Origin: Podarcis liolepis | Taxonomy: Eukaryota | Strand: one strand, 5' to 3' | DNA: 64,000 nt | Assembly (NCBI GenBank): GCA_965112155.1 | Contig: OZ218103.1 | Shown here: positions 61,781-64,000 of the stretch, piece after piece | Layout: every line of letters begins with the position of its first letter | Numbering within the stretch: the stretch's first letter is position 1 | Notes under the pieces: model-generated | The model's database searches: none | What the model was told of the DNA's origin: nothing | The model's input: the letters and a program-made list of their open reading frames with translations, nothing else | Translations under genes and position numbers: made by a program

Positions 61781-64000
61781 TATGTACAGAGCCCTAGTTT
61801 TGAACAAAGGTTTCGGGCCGTTCTGCTCCTTCCTCTTAATGCTGGACTGCCAGCCATCTCAGGAAACTTTGACACTTTTTGTCTAAATCTCCCTGCACAT
61901 TCTGTGTTTTCCAGTTGTGGTTAGTCAGTACCATCAAAAATGGTATAGGCAAAGGAGGCGATACGACTATCTTCTAACACCACAGCAAGGCTAACACTGC
62001 CACTCCCCTGCAAAAGTATTCTTCCTCCTTCTCTCCAATCGTAGTGGTGGATGAGCCAACAGATTGTTGGCTCCAGACAGTGTTAGCATTACTGTAGAAC
62101 TAAAGATAAAATCTGGATTTTTAAAAAATCAGCTGAAAAAATCTTTAGTTGCCATGTTCTCTGCTGCTGACAATTTTTTCAAAGGACTTCTGGCTAGCCA
62201 TAGGGTATTCTCACAGGGAAACGTGTTTTTGGTGAGAGGTTGAACCAGGAATGTTGCCTCCCACACATTCCTTGCTCCAGCTCCTTCTCCCCCCCCCCCC
62301 CGCCACTTTTCACCTGGGAATCTTCAGTTCCAGATGGGGCTTACTCAGCAGGGAGCCTGCATCATGTCTCTGAAACCTCAGACCAAAAGGAGAAAAGCTC
62401 TGGTCTCGGAGGCTATGTTTGAGCACGAGAGAACAATGTAATTCCAGACCGATGAACAGCTGACCTGTGCGTATTGCTTGCTTCGTGCCAGGTGGAAAAA
62501 GACCAAGGCTGTAGTACCACCCGCCCAGAGCCATGAACACTTTACCACTCACTTCTTTAGACACAGCAGGTCTGGGTTTCATTTTTCATTTATCTGCTTT
62601 TCAAATAATGTTACTCATACAGATCGGCTGTCTGTACACACCACTCACGGTGCTTGTCTGCATTGTTTCCTTAGATTTAGATTCTTCTCTCCTTACCCTT
62701 TCAGAGTCAGCTGTGAGTAATCCTTTTGAAATCGATGGGACAAGTCAGACACTCAATAGCGCTGTGTAAGAATATTCCTTGCTTTGAGGCTTTAAGTTTC
62801 AACTGCTGTTTATGTTGTTGTTCCTTCTTATGGCCTAGACTTCATTTACCGTAATATGCTTTGGGACAGATCCTTGTCTATGAAAAACTGCAGCAGCTCA
62901 TCAATTTCAGTTACATCAGGTGACATTCTGAGCCATTCAGTTCCCTGATTTTTGTTTTAATGAGAATTAAAGGAGAATCTGCCCATTTGTTTTCTTTTTG
63001 TTTCTCTCACTTTGCTTATTGTTTTACCAGCTTCTTCACAAAGGTCCTTCCTTTCCGTCTTTTCCCATATTCTTGTCTTCATCTCCATACTGCCTTTCAT
63101 ATTTTATTCAACCAGCACTCTCTTTTTGCTGCTTTTACACCAAGGCCCAGATCCTGGACTGGTGAAAACTGACTTTCCCCCCTAAACTACACAACTGCTG
63201 CATAGGAGCTGAGCAAGGTCCACCTGTCTGCATCACGTATAATAGCAGCAGAATTGCCATACAAAATACACCGCTTGTATTTTATTTCTGCTTTCTCTCT
63301 GTGTGTTTCCTTTCTTCCTTGGGGAGGAACTGACGTTTACTTTTCTCAGAAGAAGACCACCCTGTGGGATGTAAAACATCAACAATCATTATCCATACTG
63401 GTGCAATATAGTGGGAACAGAGCTTTGTGCCACCCTAGGGTCTTGGTTGGACTCTCTGAAGGTCACTTGACAAGGTCTGGTGTGTGAATTACCATGTTTG
63501 TAATGCTGGGGCACAATCTTCTGTTTTAAGTGCGTGCTTGGGAGGACTCGACAGAAAAGCATTTGGGACACAGCCCGGTCCTTTCTCAGTGCAAAACTGC
63601 AGCAGATCAATGAATATTTTAACAAAGAAATATTTCATTAAAAGGGTTGATTGCTTAATGAACTGTCCCTGCGAGCCATCAGACTGCAATGGTTCTCCCC
63701 CCACCTCCCTTTAACAAAGGCAAAGATTCATATCACGAAGAACTGGCTTATCAAATTACCGTAATAGCCTGTGTAGAACATGCACTCTTCAAGAATAGCT
63801 TGTGATGTAAACAGGGTACGAGGACTGGCTCATGTGGCAGAATGATGGGCAGCTACTTTTGCTTATACAGAATGTGTGACATTTGATATGGATACATCAG
63901 CATTGTGGGGTGTCTAATGTACATATTTGTTTAGGACCTAGAACTACCAAGACCTGGGCTGGATTGGGCCCTTTAGGTAGTAGTTCTAGAAGAATTATTG

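Noticed and set aside
1-64000. Scattered TGTTTAC forkhead sites as evidence of FOXP4 autoregulation
   Set aside because: About a dozen were seen, close to chance expectation for a 7-mer in 64 kb of AT-rich DNA.
1-64000. CRISPR arrays, operons or other prokaryotic systems
   Set aside because: Eukaryotic intronic DNA with no regularly spaced repeat-spacer array and no gene-dense coding structure.

Overview
Vertebrate genomic DNA, almost certainly a squamate and probably a lacertid lizard (inferred from Sauria SINEs and the typical lizard MITE/Penelope/L2/CR1 repeat set). The window covers the 5' part of FOXP4 on the minus strand. It has a CpG-rich promoter and non-coding 5' exon region (~51.6-52.6 kb), a ~41 kb first intron, the first coding exon (10663-10861; 16 nt UTR plus 61 codons, [12 protein letters not shown]...LLHFQQQQ) and >10 kb of the next intron. 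No other protein-coding gene is supported, and the other ORFs are repeat-derived or chance. The introns hold three Sauria SINEs with target-site duplications, other tRNA SINEs, Tc1/mariner, hAT and Harbinger-like MITEs, L2/CR1 3' ends, Penelope-like fragments, microsatellites, two assembly gaps and several enhancer-like blocks. I found no clearly new biological system. The best leads are: a decayed Penelope hammerhead-ribozyme motif and a 139-bp near-perfect palindrome from the same family; an inverted Sauria SINE pair flanking the AUG-containing exon (a circRNA or exon-skipping setup); a four-half-site nuclear-receptor array; a young CpG-rich hAT MITE carrying promoter motifs; and a complex 5' leader with uORFs and trinucleotide repeats.
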